From a virus: DNA of 35,813 nt. Position numbers and translations under genes: made by a program. Positions 24,411-32,016 of this stretch are shown here, piece by piece. A model generated the notes under the pieces. The model was not told the DNA's origin and did no database searches. It saw only the letters and a program-made list of their open reading frames with translations. Location of the stretch: the IMG/VR virus record IMGVR_UViG_3300045988_082386, one strand, 5' to 3'. Within the stretch, counting starts at the first letter, position 1. Each line of letters begins with the position of its first letter.

Positions 24411-25664
24411 TTAACATTTTTTTAAATCCTCTATTGTCATCTGCTTTGCTGGAATATCTTCCCATTCAACTCCTATATAATCCAAAACTTTGCCCCATCC
24501 GTATTTTTCTCCTGTAGCTTTATCTTTGCAACATTTGTACATCCAAAACTCCCATTCTTTAGGATTTTCTTCTCTCAATCTATCGAATCTGTGTGGTCTT
24601 TTTTCAAGATGTATTCCAAATCCACACATTGAGCATCCGGTTCTTTGAGCTTTTGTTGTTCTTAGTGTTCCATCCGGTTCTTTTTCAATCACACCATATA
24701 TTTCTGGAATGATTGTTTTAAGTGGTTCATATGGAATTATCTTTCCTTCCTTATTTCTGCTATAAGGTTGTTGCATATATAATTGTTCAAAAATGTCTAT
24801 ATGCTCTAAATACCATTGATTCATTTCTAAGGCTAACTTCAATATGTCTTGCCTTAAAAAGATTGCAAATGGTGCTGATCTGATGGTTGTCTTGCCATAG
24901 TAATTACATCCATGTTCCACAAGAGCTTCTTCTCTCTGACCACCTTCTGATGCCATCATTCCAAGATATGCATGTGAATTATGCTCTTTTGCCCAATCAT
25001 CACAAGGCTTTTCCTTTAGGTAATAGCAGCAATCGTTTGATACTTTAAAATCAGGTTTGTTATAATTAACACCTTCATTCTCATTTTCGTAACCACCAAA
25101 TAAATTCAACCATTTTTGTGGCAATTTCATTCTGCTATTCTTTGCAAAATGTCCTAACTCTCCACATTCTCCTGTTATAATTGCATGTCTCACAGTCTTA
25201 TTCTTATCTGTAGGATTTTGAAGTAACTGTATTTTTCCTGCAATACGCTTACTTATTACTGGAAAACCAATATTGTTTAATACATCAACCTTTGTCTTGT
25301 ATGATTTAACAATTTCTATACCTAATGCTTTGTGTACTTTTTGAATACTTTTATCTTCAACTCCCGATACAGATATTCCCGGTACATTTATTCCTATGCT
25401 TTTAAGCCATATGTATAGCGTAATACTATCTAAACCACCAACAGATACATGAGCATTAAGTCCACGTTCATGCATTTCATCATAAAACTCCCATGCTATA
25501 CCTTTTTGTCTTGATAACTTGTCCTCATATGCAAGATTCTGCTTCTCCGTAAATTCTCTTTTTTTGTCTTGCTTTGCTTTCTTCCATGCATTCTTTACAA
25601 AATCAGGAGCATCTTTTGTTACATATTCATTTTTCTCTATTAAAAATTCAAATTGTCCTTCCAT
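24411..25664 (-). CDS. PAPS reductase-like PP-loop ATP pyrophosphatase family protein with Cys clusters
   Basis: It has a PP-loop-like SVGGLDS motif. Cys motifs are NDCCYYLKEKPC, TGCSMCGFG and YKCC. The architecture resembles IbrA/DUF3440-type phage PAPS-reductase homologues. Confidence 0.75.
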   Translation of the reverse strand: MEGQFEFLIEKNEYVTKDAPDFVKNAWKKAKQDKKREFTEKQNLAYEDKLSRQKGIAWEFYDEMHERGLNAHVSVGGLDSITLYIWLKSIGINVPGISVSGVEDKSIQKVHKALGIEIVKSYKTKVDVLNNIGFPVISKRIAGKIQLLQNPTDKNKTVRHAIITGECGELGHFAKNSRMKLPQKWLNLFGGYENENEGVNYNKPDFKVSNDCCYYLKEKPCDDWAKEHNSHAYLGMMASEGGQREEALVEHGCNYYGKTTIRSAPFAIFLRQDILKLALEMNQWYLEHIDIFEQLYMQQPYSRNKEGKIIPYEPLKTIIPEIYGVIEKEPDGTLRTTKAQRTGCSMCGFGIHLEKRPHRFDRLREENPKEWEFWMYKCCKDKATGEKYGWGKVLDYIGVEWEDIPAKQMTIEDLKKC

Positions 25665-25722
25665 TTCTTCCAGGAGTAAGAATTCTTTTATGTGCGCACA
25701 ACTCTTTCTCCTTTCGATTTTT

Positions 25723-26124
25723 TTATTTAATTACTGTTCTCAAGTCTCTTCTTTCAGTCTCCATGTCAATTCCACATTCTTCTGCAATTATTTTTACCTG
25801 CTCTTCCCAATTGCTGTAATCCTCTGCAATACATTCTGCTTTCAGGTCAAATCTTTTAAACATCTGCTTTATTCTTTTGTTACCAAAACCAAATTCATCA
25901 TGCATTGTTACAGCCATAAGAATTTTTATGTATAAGATTGTGTTATATTTAACATTGTCACTGAATTTATCTAAATCTGCCTTAGATACCCTTAAAGGTA
26001 GATCTATCGCATTACGCATCTTCAAATCTTCTTCCAATGCATCTATTCCCTTTTCCTTGGCAAGCCTTAAAGCATAAGCCATTCCTTCACGTCTCGCCTG
26101 CTCCTCTTTTGATATTTTTGCCAT
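25723..26124 (-). CDS. Hypothetical early protein
   Basis: The start is set to ATG 26124 (MAKISKEEQ...) with SD GGAGG 8 nt upstream. Confidence 0.55.
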   Translation of the reverse strand: MAKISKEEQARREGMAYALRLAKEKGIDALEEDLKMRNAIDLPLRVSKADLDKFSDNVKYNTILYIKILMAVTMHDEFGFGNKRIKQMFKRFDLKAECIAEDYSNWEEQVKIIAEECGIDMETERRDLRTVIK

Positions 26125-26269
26125 TTTTCTTTCCTCCAACTTTTAATTCATTTGCATATGGTTTAGACCTGAATGCTTTCACAGCATAACTTCTCGGTCT
26201 TCCAAAATTAACGAATAAATCTTCTTCATGCGTTAATATGTGTCCAAATGCTTTTTCCGTATTTCTCAC
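26087..26269 (-). CDS. Small hypothetical protein
   Basis: GTG 26269 has SD GGAGG 10 nt upstream. The 3' end overlaps the next gene. Confidence 0.4.
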   Translation of the reverse strand: MRNTEKAFGHILTHEEDLFVNFGRPRSYAVKAFRSKPYANELKVGGKKNGKNIKRGAGET

Positions 26270-26290
26270 TAACGCTGTTCCTCCTGCTGG

Positions 26291-26470
26291 CTAGTTGCCT
26301 AACTGTTTTCTTTTTAGTTCCAGCTCTGCTCTTTCCCTTGCGATTGCTCTCAACTGTTCTTTGTCTTCGTATGATAAAAAATCTGCCATTTGAATCATAA
26401 ACTCCTGTCGGTCCAGTTCTGCAATTCTATTATTTATCTCTACAACCACGTTAGAATTAAATCTGTTCAT
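26291..26470 (-). CDS. Small coiled-coil protein (59 aa), below ORF-track cutoff
   Basis: ATG 26470 overlaps the 3' end of the DnaD-like gene by 14 nt. Translation is MNRFNSNVVVEINNRIAELDRQEFMIQMADFLSYEDKEQLRAIARERAELELKRKQLGN. Confidence 0.5.
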   Translation of the reverse strand: MNRFNSNVVVEINNRIAELDRQEFMIQMADFLSYEDKEQLRAIARERAELELKRKQLGN

Positions 26471-27341
26471 TAGTTTTTCCTTTCTTCATATCGTCAAACA
26501 TCTTCCGGTTATTTAACAGTGCCTGCTTTTCCAATGCATCATGATCATATTCACGTTTCTCAAATGCAGCAAAGGTGTTTTTCTTTGTGTTACGTTTAAT
26601 CGGATAAAATGTGTTCCAATCTCCTGCTATTGCATTACTAACAACTTCTATCTTCTCTTTTGTGTTTACTGCCACCTGATTTAAGCGGTCAATTAAAATC
26701 TTTAACTGATAGCCAACCACCGGTTTTCCTTTCTTCTCACGCATTATCAGATATTGCTCGAATAATTCATTTAATTTTTCATCAGAAAAAAAGCCACTGC
26801 TTTTCTTTTCTTTACTTTTATTTACTTTACTTTCCTTTTCTTTATGTATTTTCTCTACAGATAAACTTGAATTAATCTCGGATTTACCACAATTATTCTC
26901 GGATTTATCTTCAAAAAGGGTAACTTTAATATAGGATGCTGTTTCTTCTTCTTTTAAGAGCCAGTATTTACCAACAATTATTGCTTTCTTACTTGCTCTT
27001 GTCTTTACAGCTTCCTGATACCTTTTTTGTATTCCGGCAGAGGTAAGAACCTTGTCCGACTGAAAAAGTTTGCTATCAAACAGTGACCGTTCCAATAAGA
27101 AGTTTAATACCTGCTTCACCTTGTTGCTTTCCATGTTTAAATCATCTGAAATAATGTATTCCAAATCTTCATCAACAATTAGAAAGTAACCATTCTCCTT
27201 GTAAATCTCGCAAAGCAGATATTGATATATAACTATGCCATCTGCTCCATATCTGCTTTTCAAGATTTTCACCTTTTTATCTGAGAAAAAACCAACATCA
27301 AAGGGAAAGTATTCCAAACCTTTTTTTATTGGTCTTGCCAT
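26457..27341 (-). CDS. Replication initiation/replisome organiser (DUF4373 Lin1244-like N-domain + DnaD-like C-region)
   Basis: MARPIKKGLEYFPFDVGFFSDKKVKILKSRYGADGIVIYQYLLCEIY is the characteristic DUF4373 N-terminus. SD AAGGAGAC is present. Confidence 0.82.
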   Translation of the reverse strand: MARPIKKGLEYFPFDVGFFSDKKVKILKSRYGADGIVIYQYLLCEIYKENGYFLIVDEDLEYIISDDLNMESNKVKQVLNFLLERSLFDSKLFQSDKVLTSAGIQKRYQEAVKTRASKKAIIVGKYWLLKEEETASYIKVTLFEDKSENNCGKSEINSSLSVEKIHKEKESKVNKSKEKKSSGFFSDEKLNELFEQYLIMREKKGKPVVGYQLKILIDRLNQVAVNTKEKIEVVSNAIAGDWNTFYPIKRNTKKNTFAAFEKREYDHDALEKQALLNNRKMFDDMKKGKTNEQI

Positions 27342-27345
27342 TCTC

Positions 27346-27798
27346 TTAGTCTCCTTGCGTAGTCTCTATGCCTACCAACACACCAGCTTCTTCATTCTGC
27401 TCTGTGTACCTTTTATGTACTTCCAGTTCACAAATCTGTGTATCGTCTCCATAAGCTACTTTATTTAATGCGTCACATATAACCTTTGCTATATTATCCG
27501 CATCCGGTTTCTTACATGGAAGTCCTTCTCTTGCTTCCATTAACAAACGTCTTTTCTTGCTTGTACTTTTGGGTATTTCGAAAACTGCCTCAATGTACAT
27601 GTGAATAGGCTCTTTATTAAAATACCCTTCAAACCTGTTCTCTTTTGCCTGCTGAACATAACTTGTTTTTATCAGGTTTTCATAGAGAACAGTTCCCTCG
27701 GGAGTAATGCTCTGCATTCTCCCAAGTTTTGGATTATAAAATGTTCTCGCCCTTGCTTTTCCCTTTGGTGGGCCCGGAACCTTAAACTGCATTTCCAT
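27346..27798 (-). CDS. rusA: RusA-family Holliday junction resolvase
   Basis: PGPPKGKARAR at the N-terminus and KKPDADNIAKVICDALNKVAYGDDTQI are RusA catalytic-Asp motifs. SD AAGGAG is present. Confidence 0.88.
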   Translation of the reverse strand: MEMQFKVPGPPKGKARARTFYNPKLGRMQSITPEGTVLYENLIKTSYVQQAKENRFEGYFNKEPIHMYIEAVFEIPKSTSKKRRLLMEAREGLPCKKPDADNIAKVICDALNKVAYGDDTQICELEVHKRYTEQNEEAGVLVGIETTQGD

Positions 27799-28093
27799 TC
27801 TGTATCTCCTTTACCCTTCTTCGTGTTGCCAGCAAGGACCAGCCAATTCTTTTTAGTCTGCTGTCTTCCTGCTTAAAATACTTCACTACCAAATCATCTT
27901 CTTCTCCCTGAATTGGTTGGAAGTATCCTTTTCCGTTTGAAAGATTCAATATAACAGTATTTCTTCTTGCCAACGATATTGCTTCTCTTACGTCTCTATC
28001 ACTTAATCCGGTTACTCTTTCCAACTGTTGCCTTGATATGGCATTTTCTTTACCAAAAGGAATGTAGTCAACTATCTTTATACTTTCTTTCAA
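27782..28093 (-). CDS. Putative winged-helix DNA-binding protein
   Basis: ISRQQLERVTGLSDRDVREAISLARRN resembles an HTH. The start is TTG with SD GGAGG 8 nt upstream. Confidence 0.5.
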   Translation of the reverse strand: MKESIKIVDYIPFGKENAISRQQLERVTGLSDRDVREAISLARRNTVILNLSNGKGYFQPIQGEEDDLVVKYFKQEDSRLKRIGWSLLATRRRVKEIQNGNAV

Positions 28094-28112
28094 TTAACCA
28101 ACCTCCTTTCCT

Positions 28113-28134
28113 GCCTGCTGTAAATTCAGCAGGC
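28113..28134. repeat. Perfect 8-bp stem hairpin between recT and wHTH gene
   Basis: GCCTGCTG-taaatt-CAGCAGGC. On the minus strand it sits directly 5' of the SD and has no T-tract. On the plus strand it is followed by TTATTT. Its role is unclear. Confidence 0.3.
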
Positions 28135-28182
28135 TTATTTCGTGATTAAAATATTTTTCCTATTCCTGACTGTTGCCTGTTA

Positions 28183-29115
28183 CTAAAAATTAAAAAATGC
28201 TGACTGTACATTCTTTTCTTCTATGTTATTTGTTGTTGTGTTATCAGTTGGTGTTTCAACTGTTACGTTACTGCTCTGTGTCTGTTCCTGCACAATTTCC
28301 TGGTTTTCTTCTGAAACACTGACTTCTTCATATTCCTGCTGTTCAACCGGCTCGTTATCCACGTATGTTCTTGTTCCATCTTCATTAATGACTGCCATGT
28401 CACTGTCAATAGCTCTTTGCATGTCAATGCTCATAATTCCCCACTTGCTGATAATCTGTCTAAGCATTGTCTTATATGCCATTCCATCAAAGTCCTTACT
28501 CCAGAAAGTCCACTTTGTTCCTTTCTTTATGTCTGCTGCATAACCTTGTGAATACTTAATTGCATGAGCTTTCATCTTTTCCTTTGACCAGTACATGGCT
28601 TTCTTAAATCCGTTTGTATATTCAAACATTGCATAATAGCCAATTGTTTCTGCCTTTTCTCTCTCATTTTCATCTGCAATGAGATTTACTTCTATGTCTT
28701 CATTAAGTGGGTCAAATCTGATTAATTCGCCTTTCTTAATGGCTAACACATTTAATTTCTTATACTGTCCTGATCTGATGGCTAACTGAATATAACCTTT
28801 GTAGCCTAACTGAAACTGTGCCACCTTAATGCCTGCCTTGTTATCCTTAAACGGAACCATGTAATACTGACCTAACTGTGGACTTGGTGAAAGATTTAAA
28901 CTCTCACCTAAAAGTGCAGCACTTACTATTGAAGAGTTCTCACACTCCTGCAATGTTGGGTTATTACCAACCGCACTTACTATTGAACTGATGAAACGTT
29001 GACCGTTCTTTCCACCTATTACACCATTAATCTGATTCTTTACTGCATCATTCTTAAGATATGCTGTAAAACTTGTTTCCTTACTTCTCTTTGCTAAACT
29101 GTTTGATACTGCCAT
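28183..29115 (-). CDS. recT: RecT-family single-strand annealing recombinase
   Basis: SIVSAVGNNPTLQEC...SIVSAALLGESLNLSPSPQLGQYYMVPF...FQLGYKGYIQLAIRSGQY matches RecT. The start is set to the second ATG at 29115 (SD AGGAGG, 8-nt spacing). Confidence 0.9.
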   Translation of the reverse strand: MAVSNSLAKRSKETSFTAYLKNDAVKNQINGVIGGKNGQRFISSIVSAVGNNPTLQECENSSIVSAALLGESLNLSPSPQLGQYYMVPFKDNKAGIKVAQFQLGYKGYIQLAIRSGQYKKLNVLAIKKGELIRFDPLNEDIEVNLIADENEREKAETIGYYAMFEYTNGFKKAMYWSKEKMKAHAIKYSQGYAADIKKGTKWTFWSKDFDGMAYKTMLRQIISKWGIMSIDMQRAIDSDMAVINEDGTRTYVDNEPVEQQEYEEVSVSEENQEIVQEQTQSSNVTVETPTDNTTTNNIEEKNVQSAFFNF

Positions 29116-29127
29116 TTTCATTTCCTC

Positions 29128-30045
29128 CTACTGTATTGGACCATATTCTATATTGTTGCTTGTTAAAAATTCCTTAAGCTCTCTAAGCTGTTTCTGTGTG
29201 CCATAAACTTTAAAAGAAACTGCAAATTTTCTCTCCTCTGTAACTGTTGCTTCAACTATCTTTGTAGCTTCAACCTCCTGCTGTGTTTCTTCCGGTTGCT
29301 GTTCCACTACTACCTGCTTACCTGCCTGAACAACTTTCTGTGCTTCTGCTTCTTCTCTGGCTTTTCGCTCTTCCATTTCAGCCTTACGCTTTGCTTCATA
29401 TTCAGCTTTCTTTCTTGCGTTTTCTTCAAACTGCTGCTTAACTGATATAGCTTCAGTCATATCCAGGTTCTTAAGATATGCCTGCTTCATTTCAAACTGG
29501 TATTCTCCGGTATCAGCATTAATTACTTCAAGATCATGTCTCACTCTGTCTCTCAAATCTTCAATTTCGTTTACAATAGATTTAAAAGTTGTTGAGCTGT
29601 TTAAAAAGCTTTCTTTGAATACTCTGTCAAAAGTTAAAATCTCTGCAATGCCCTCTGCTCCTTCAACAGACATTGCCTTATCATAGATTTCTTTTACCTT
29701 TTCACGTTTTTCTTCTCTCAACTTTTCGGTGTAGGCTTTTACCTGAGAAGCAATATTGTCATTTGCTTCACCAATGATCGATACTAATTCCTTAACCTGA
29801 CTTTCAAACTGTGTATAAGGTTCAAGCATCATCTTCTTAACGTCTTTTCGCTTATCTTCTAAAACCTTAATGAACTTGTTTAATTTTGCTCTGTCCGCCT
29901 TTGCTTCCTTGATGTTTTCATCTGTATACACCAAAGAACCATACATTTCTGCCTTTTCTGTTATTTCTTTCTTTAATTCTTCAAAGTTCCAGTCAATCTG
30001 TTTAACTGTATTTTCTTTAGTTGGGTTGTAAATTTCTAATTCCAT
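29128..30045 (-). CDS. DUF1351-family protein (recombination-module accessory)
   Basis: IDWNFEELKKEI...YTDENIKEAKADRAKLNKF is typical of DUF1351. It lies between the exonuclease and recT. Confidence 0.7.
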   Translation of the reverse strand: MELEIYNPTKENTVKQIDWNFEELKKEITEKAEMYGSLVYTDENIKEAKADRAKLNKFIKVLEDKRKDVKKMMLEPYTQFESQVKELVSIIGEANDNIASQVKAYTEKLREEKREKVKEIYDKAMSVEGAEGIAEILTFDRVFKESFLNSSTTFKSIVNEIEDLRDRVRHDLEVINADTGEYQFEMKQAYLKNLDMTEAISVKQQFEENARKKAEYEAKRKAEMEERKAREEAEAQKVVQAGKQVVVEQQPEETQQEVEATKIVEATVTEERKFAVSFKVYGTQKQLRELKEFLTSNNIEYGPIQ

Positions 30046-30057
30046 TTGTTTCCTCCA

Positions 30058-30675
30058 TTAAATCTCCGGAAGAATCAGAGCCGGTTGTTTTCTCTGCTTA
30101 ACTGATTTGATAAACTCATATTCTTCCTTTTTTAGTATTTCTATATCTTCTGTCACATCTTCTCTTTCAATGTGATAATCCTTTGTGATAAGTCTTATTC
30201 TTTGGTTCCAAACACTTTTAATCTGTGCTCTTAACTCCACAAACTCATATTCTGTTACCATCAGGTAATGCAACACCTGTATGTAATAGTTATCAGGAAT
30301 GTGTTCGCCATCCCATTTTTCCTTGTGCATTGAACCGAACAACTCGCTGGTCTTACATTCAAATATGCCTTTTCGTCCGGTTTCAATTTCTGTTAGTTCT
30401 CCATCAAGTGATGCATGCGCAAACGGATATTTATCATTAAGAAGCATATTGTCACCAAAGTATTCAACTTTATATTCCGGGTGGTCTAATGCAAATATTG
30501 CTCTTATATGTTCTTCTGCCTTTGTTCCGTAGATAACATAAGGCTTGTCCGAAATATCAATAGGTTCTTTAATTCCTACCATTTCTTTCCAAAGCTCTTC
30601 ATTTGTTTTGTACGGATTAAGACCTAACACTGCTGCTGCATCAGAACCACCTATTTTGCCTTTTCTTGCTTCCAA
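30058..30675 (-). CDS. YqaJ-like (lambda Exo-type PD-(D/E)XK) recombination exonuclease
   Basis: (EL)WLEARKGKIGGSDAAAVLGLNPYKT is the YqaJ N-terminal signature. The annotated TTG start cuts into that conserved motif. The frame is open up to an in-frame TAG at 30718-30720. Confidence 0.85.
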   Translation of the reverse strand: MEARKGKIGGSDAAAVLGLNPYKTNEELWKEMVGIKEPIDISDKPYVIYGTKAEEHIRAIFALDHPEYKVEYFGDNMLLNDKYPFAHASLDGELTEIETGRKGIFECKTSELFGSMHKEKWDGEHIPDNYYIQVLHYLMVTEYEFVELRAQIKSVWNQRIRLITKDYHIEREDVTEDIEILKKEEYEFIKSVKQRKQPALILPEI

Positions 30676-30717
30676 CCATAATTCCTTGGTCGGAAAACTC
30701 TTTCTGGTAACTATTGC

Positions 30718-31029
30718 CTATTCCTCCATCAAAATCTCGTCCACTGCTCCACACAGTAGGCTTGTTGCTAACACCATTCCTGCTGAATACAACAGCTTCA
30801 TTGGAATACTGTCAACACAAATCCAATTGTTGTACCACATTACAATTACAACAACGATACCAATTATCAGATTCTTGTATCTGTTTGCAACTCTGTACTT
30901 TTCCTGTAAAACGTGGTAATCTTTAGGTGTATTGTTTTTGTGAGAGCTTGAATGTAGTGGTGTATATTCAGGCTCTTCTTTTTTGGTTTCTTTTACTTCT
31001 CTTACTTCAAGTCTTGTGTCTTGTTCCAT
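30718..31029 (-). CDS. Small membrane protein (2 predicted TM helices)
   Basis: The hydrophobic stretches are LIIGIVVVIVMWY and LLYSAGMVLATSLLCGAV. SD AAGGAG is present. Confidence 0.6.
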   Translation of the reverse strand: MEQDTRLEVREVKETKKEEPEYTPLHSSSHKNNTPKDYHVLQEKYRVANRYKNLIIGIVVVIVMWYNNWICVDSIPMKLLYSAGMVLATSLLCGAVDEILMEE

Positions 31030-31039
31030 CTTTTGCTCC

Positions 31040-31312
31040 TTATAATTCCATACATATTATTTCCATTAGGTCATCTAACAAATTACGTTCTTCTTCTGAA
31101 ATTTTTTCATTAATTTTTTTATCTTCGCTTTCTATTTGTTCTTCGCTTTTCATAGCAATTTCAATTAATCCCTTAAAAAGCCTATTTCCTAATTTTTCCC
31201 CATGTTCTTCAATCAGATTTTCTTTTGCAGCTTTTAAAACCATTCCTGTTTCTGTAAATAATAAAAACATTGGTCCTTTCATTTCTACACTGCATCCCTT
31301 TGCAACTATCAT
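31040..31312 (-). CDS. Hypothetical early protein
   Basis: ATGA overlap with the upstream gene; SD GGAGGAGC. Confidence 0.55.
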   Translation of the reverse strand: MIVAKGCSVEMKGPMFLLFTETGMVLKAAKENLIEEHGEKLGNRLFKGLIEIAMKSEEQIESEDKKINEKISEEERNLLDDLMEIICMEL

Positions 31313-31509
31313 TTTGCTCCTCCAATCTTTCCAACCATATCAGTTATTTTTTCATTCGACCAACTTCTTGGTTCAGTCAATCTTGGACAATGTGTGTCCA
31401 TAATGTCCTCTTCTTTTCCCAAAGGACAGTTCCTGCAACTACCTGAATACTTCCTGCATATATCACGCAAATCCCGGTAGCTGTTAATTGCTCCAATCAA
31501 TTTAATCAC
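31309..31509 (-). CDS. Small Cys-rich hypothetical protein (possible Zn-binding)
   Basis: C..C spacing is visible in CRKYSGSCRNCPLG....HCP. The start is either GTG 31509 or TTG 31500 (SD GGGAG). Confidence 0.5.
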   Translation of the reverse strand: MIKLIGAINSYRDLRDICRKYSGSCRNCPLGKEEDIMDTHCPRLTEPRSWSNEKITDMVGKIGGAK

Positions 31510-31515
31510 TCCCTT

Positions 31516-31689
31516 CTATGAATAAAATCTTTCATTAAAATATTTAGTTGGAACCTTGCCTGACATTGTAATGTAGCCTTTCTCTTTCAATTCTGCATTC
31601 ATCTGCTTAATTATCTTGTATGCAAATGAAAGACTACACTCCATTGTTTGAGCAATATCCTTTGCTCCCATAAATTGCTTCTCAGGCAT
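31516..31689 (-). CDS. Excisionase-like / MerR-type HTH DNA-binding protein
   Basis: FMGAKDIAQTMECSLSFAYKIIKQMN...GKVPTKYFNERF matches the HTH_17/Xis pattern. The start is set to ATG 31689 (SD AGGAGG, 8-nt spacing). Confidence 0.6.
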   Translation of the reverse strand: MPEKQFMGAKDIAQTMECSLSFAYKIIKQMNAELKEKGYITMSGKVPTKYFNERFYS

Positions 31690-31701
31690 ATCTATCACCT
31701 C

Positions 31702-31923
31702 CTATTTCTCATTGCTTGAATTATTTTCACGTTCGATATTGAAAAAAATTTCATCAACCTTTACCCCAAATAAATTTGCTAATTTTACAGCATTTCGTAT
31801 CTTAACCATACCAAAGTCTGCTTCCCAAGCATTATAAGTTTGTGTTGAAACTCCCAGCTTTTTAGCAGTTTCTGACTGATTCAATCCTTTTCTAGCACGT
31901 AGTTCTTTTAGTGAATACCTCAT
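31702..31923 (-). CDS. XRE-family HTH regulator (second early HTH)
   Basis: LKELRARKGLNQSETAKKLGVSTQTYNAWE is an HTH_3 motif. The start is set to ATG 31923 (SD AAAGGAAG). Confidence 0.7.
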   Translation of the reverse strand: MRYSLKELRARKGLNQSETAKKLGVSTQTYNAWEADFGMVKIRNAVKLANLFGVKVDEIFFNIERENNSSNEK

Positions 31924-31981
31924 TAATTCTTCCTTTCTTGTGTCTTTTTGAAACACTTTTTTCTTCATTCATTTTGAAAAC

Positions 31982-32010
31982 TTGAATTTTTATTTAGAAA
32001 ATGTTAAAAT
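31982..32010 (+). promoter_or_regulatory. Plus-strand sigma-A-type promoter facing into the ORF-free region
   Basis: TTGAAT (31982-31987), a 17-nt spacer, then TGtTAAAAT (hexamer 32005-32010). Confidence 0.5.
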
Positions 32011-32016
32011 TTTCTT

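Noticed and set aside
28113-28134. Perfect 8-bp hairpin GCCTGCTG/CAGCAGGC as a terminator
   Set aside because: On the transcribed (minus) strand it has no T-tract and sits right against the SD of the next gene. On the plus strand nothing is known to be transcribed toward it. It is kept only as a low-confidence structural repeat.
30718-30720. Possibility that TAG is recoded (alternative genetic code) in this phage
   Set aside because: Several genes (capsid 14168, G-like chaperone 11504, terS 20927, late activator 21596, DUF3850 22776 and others) end at TAG. Each is followed by a correctly spaced SD and the start of the next gene in a different frame, so TAG behaves as a normal stop.
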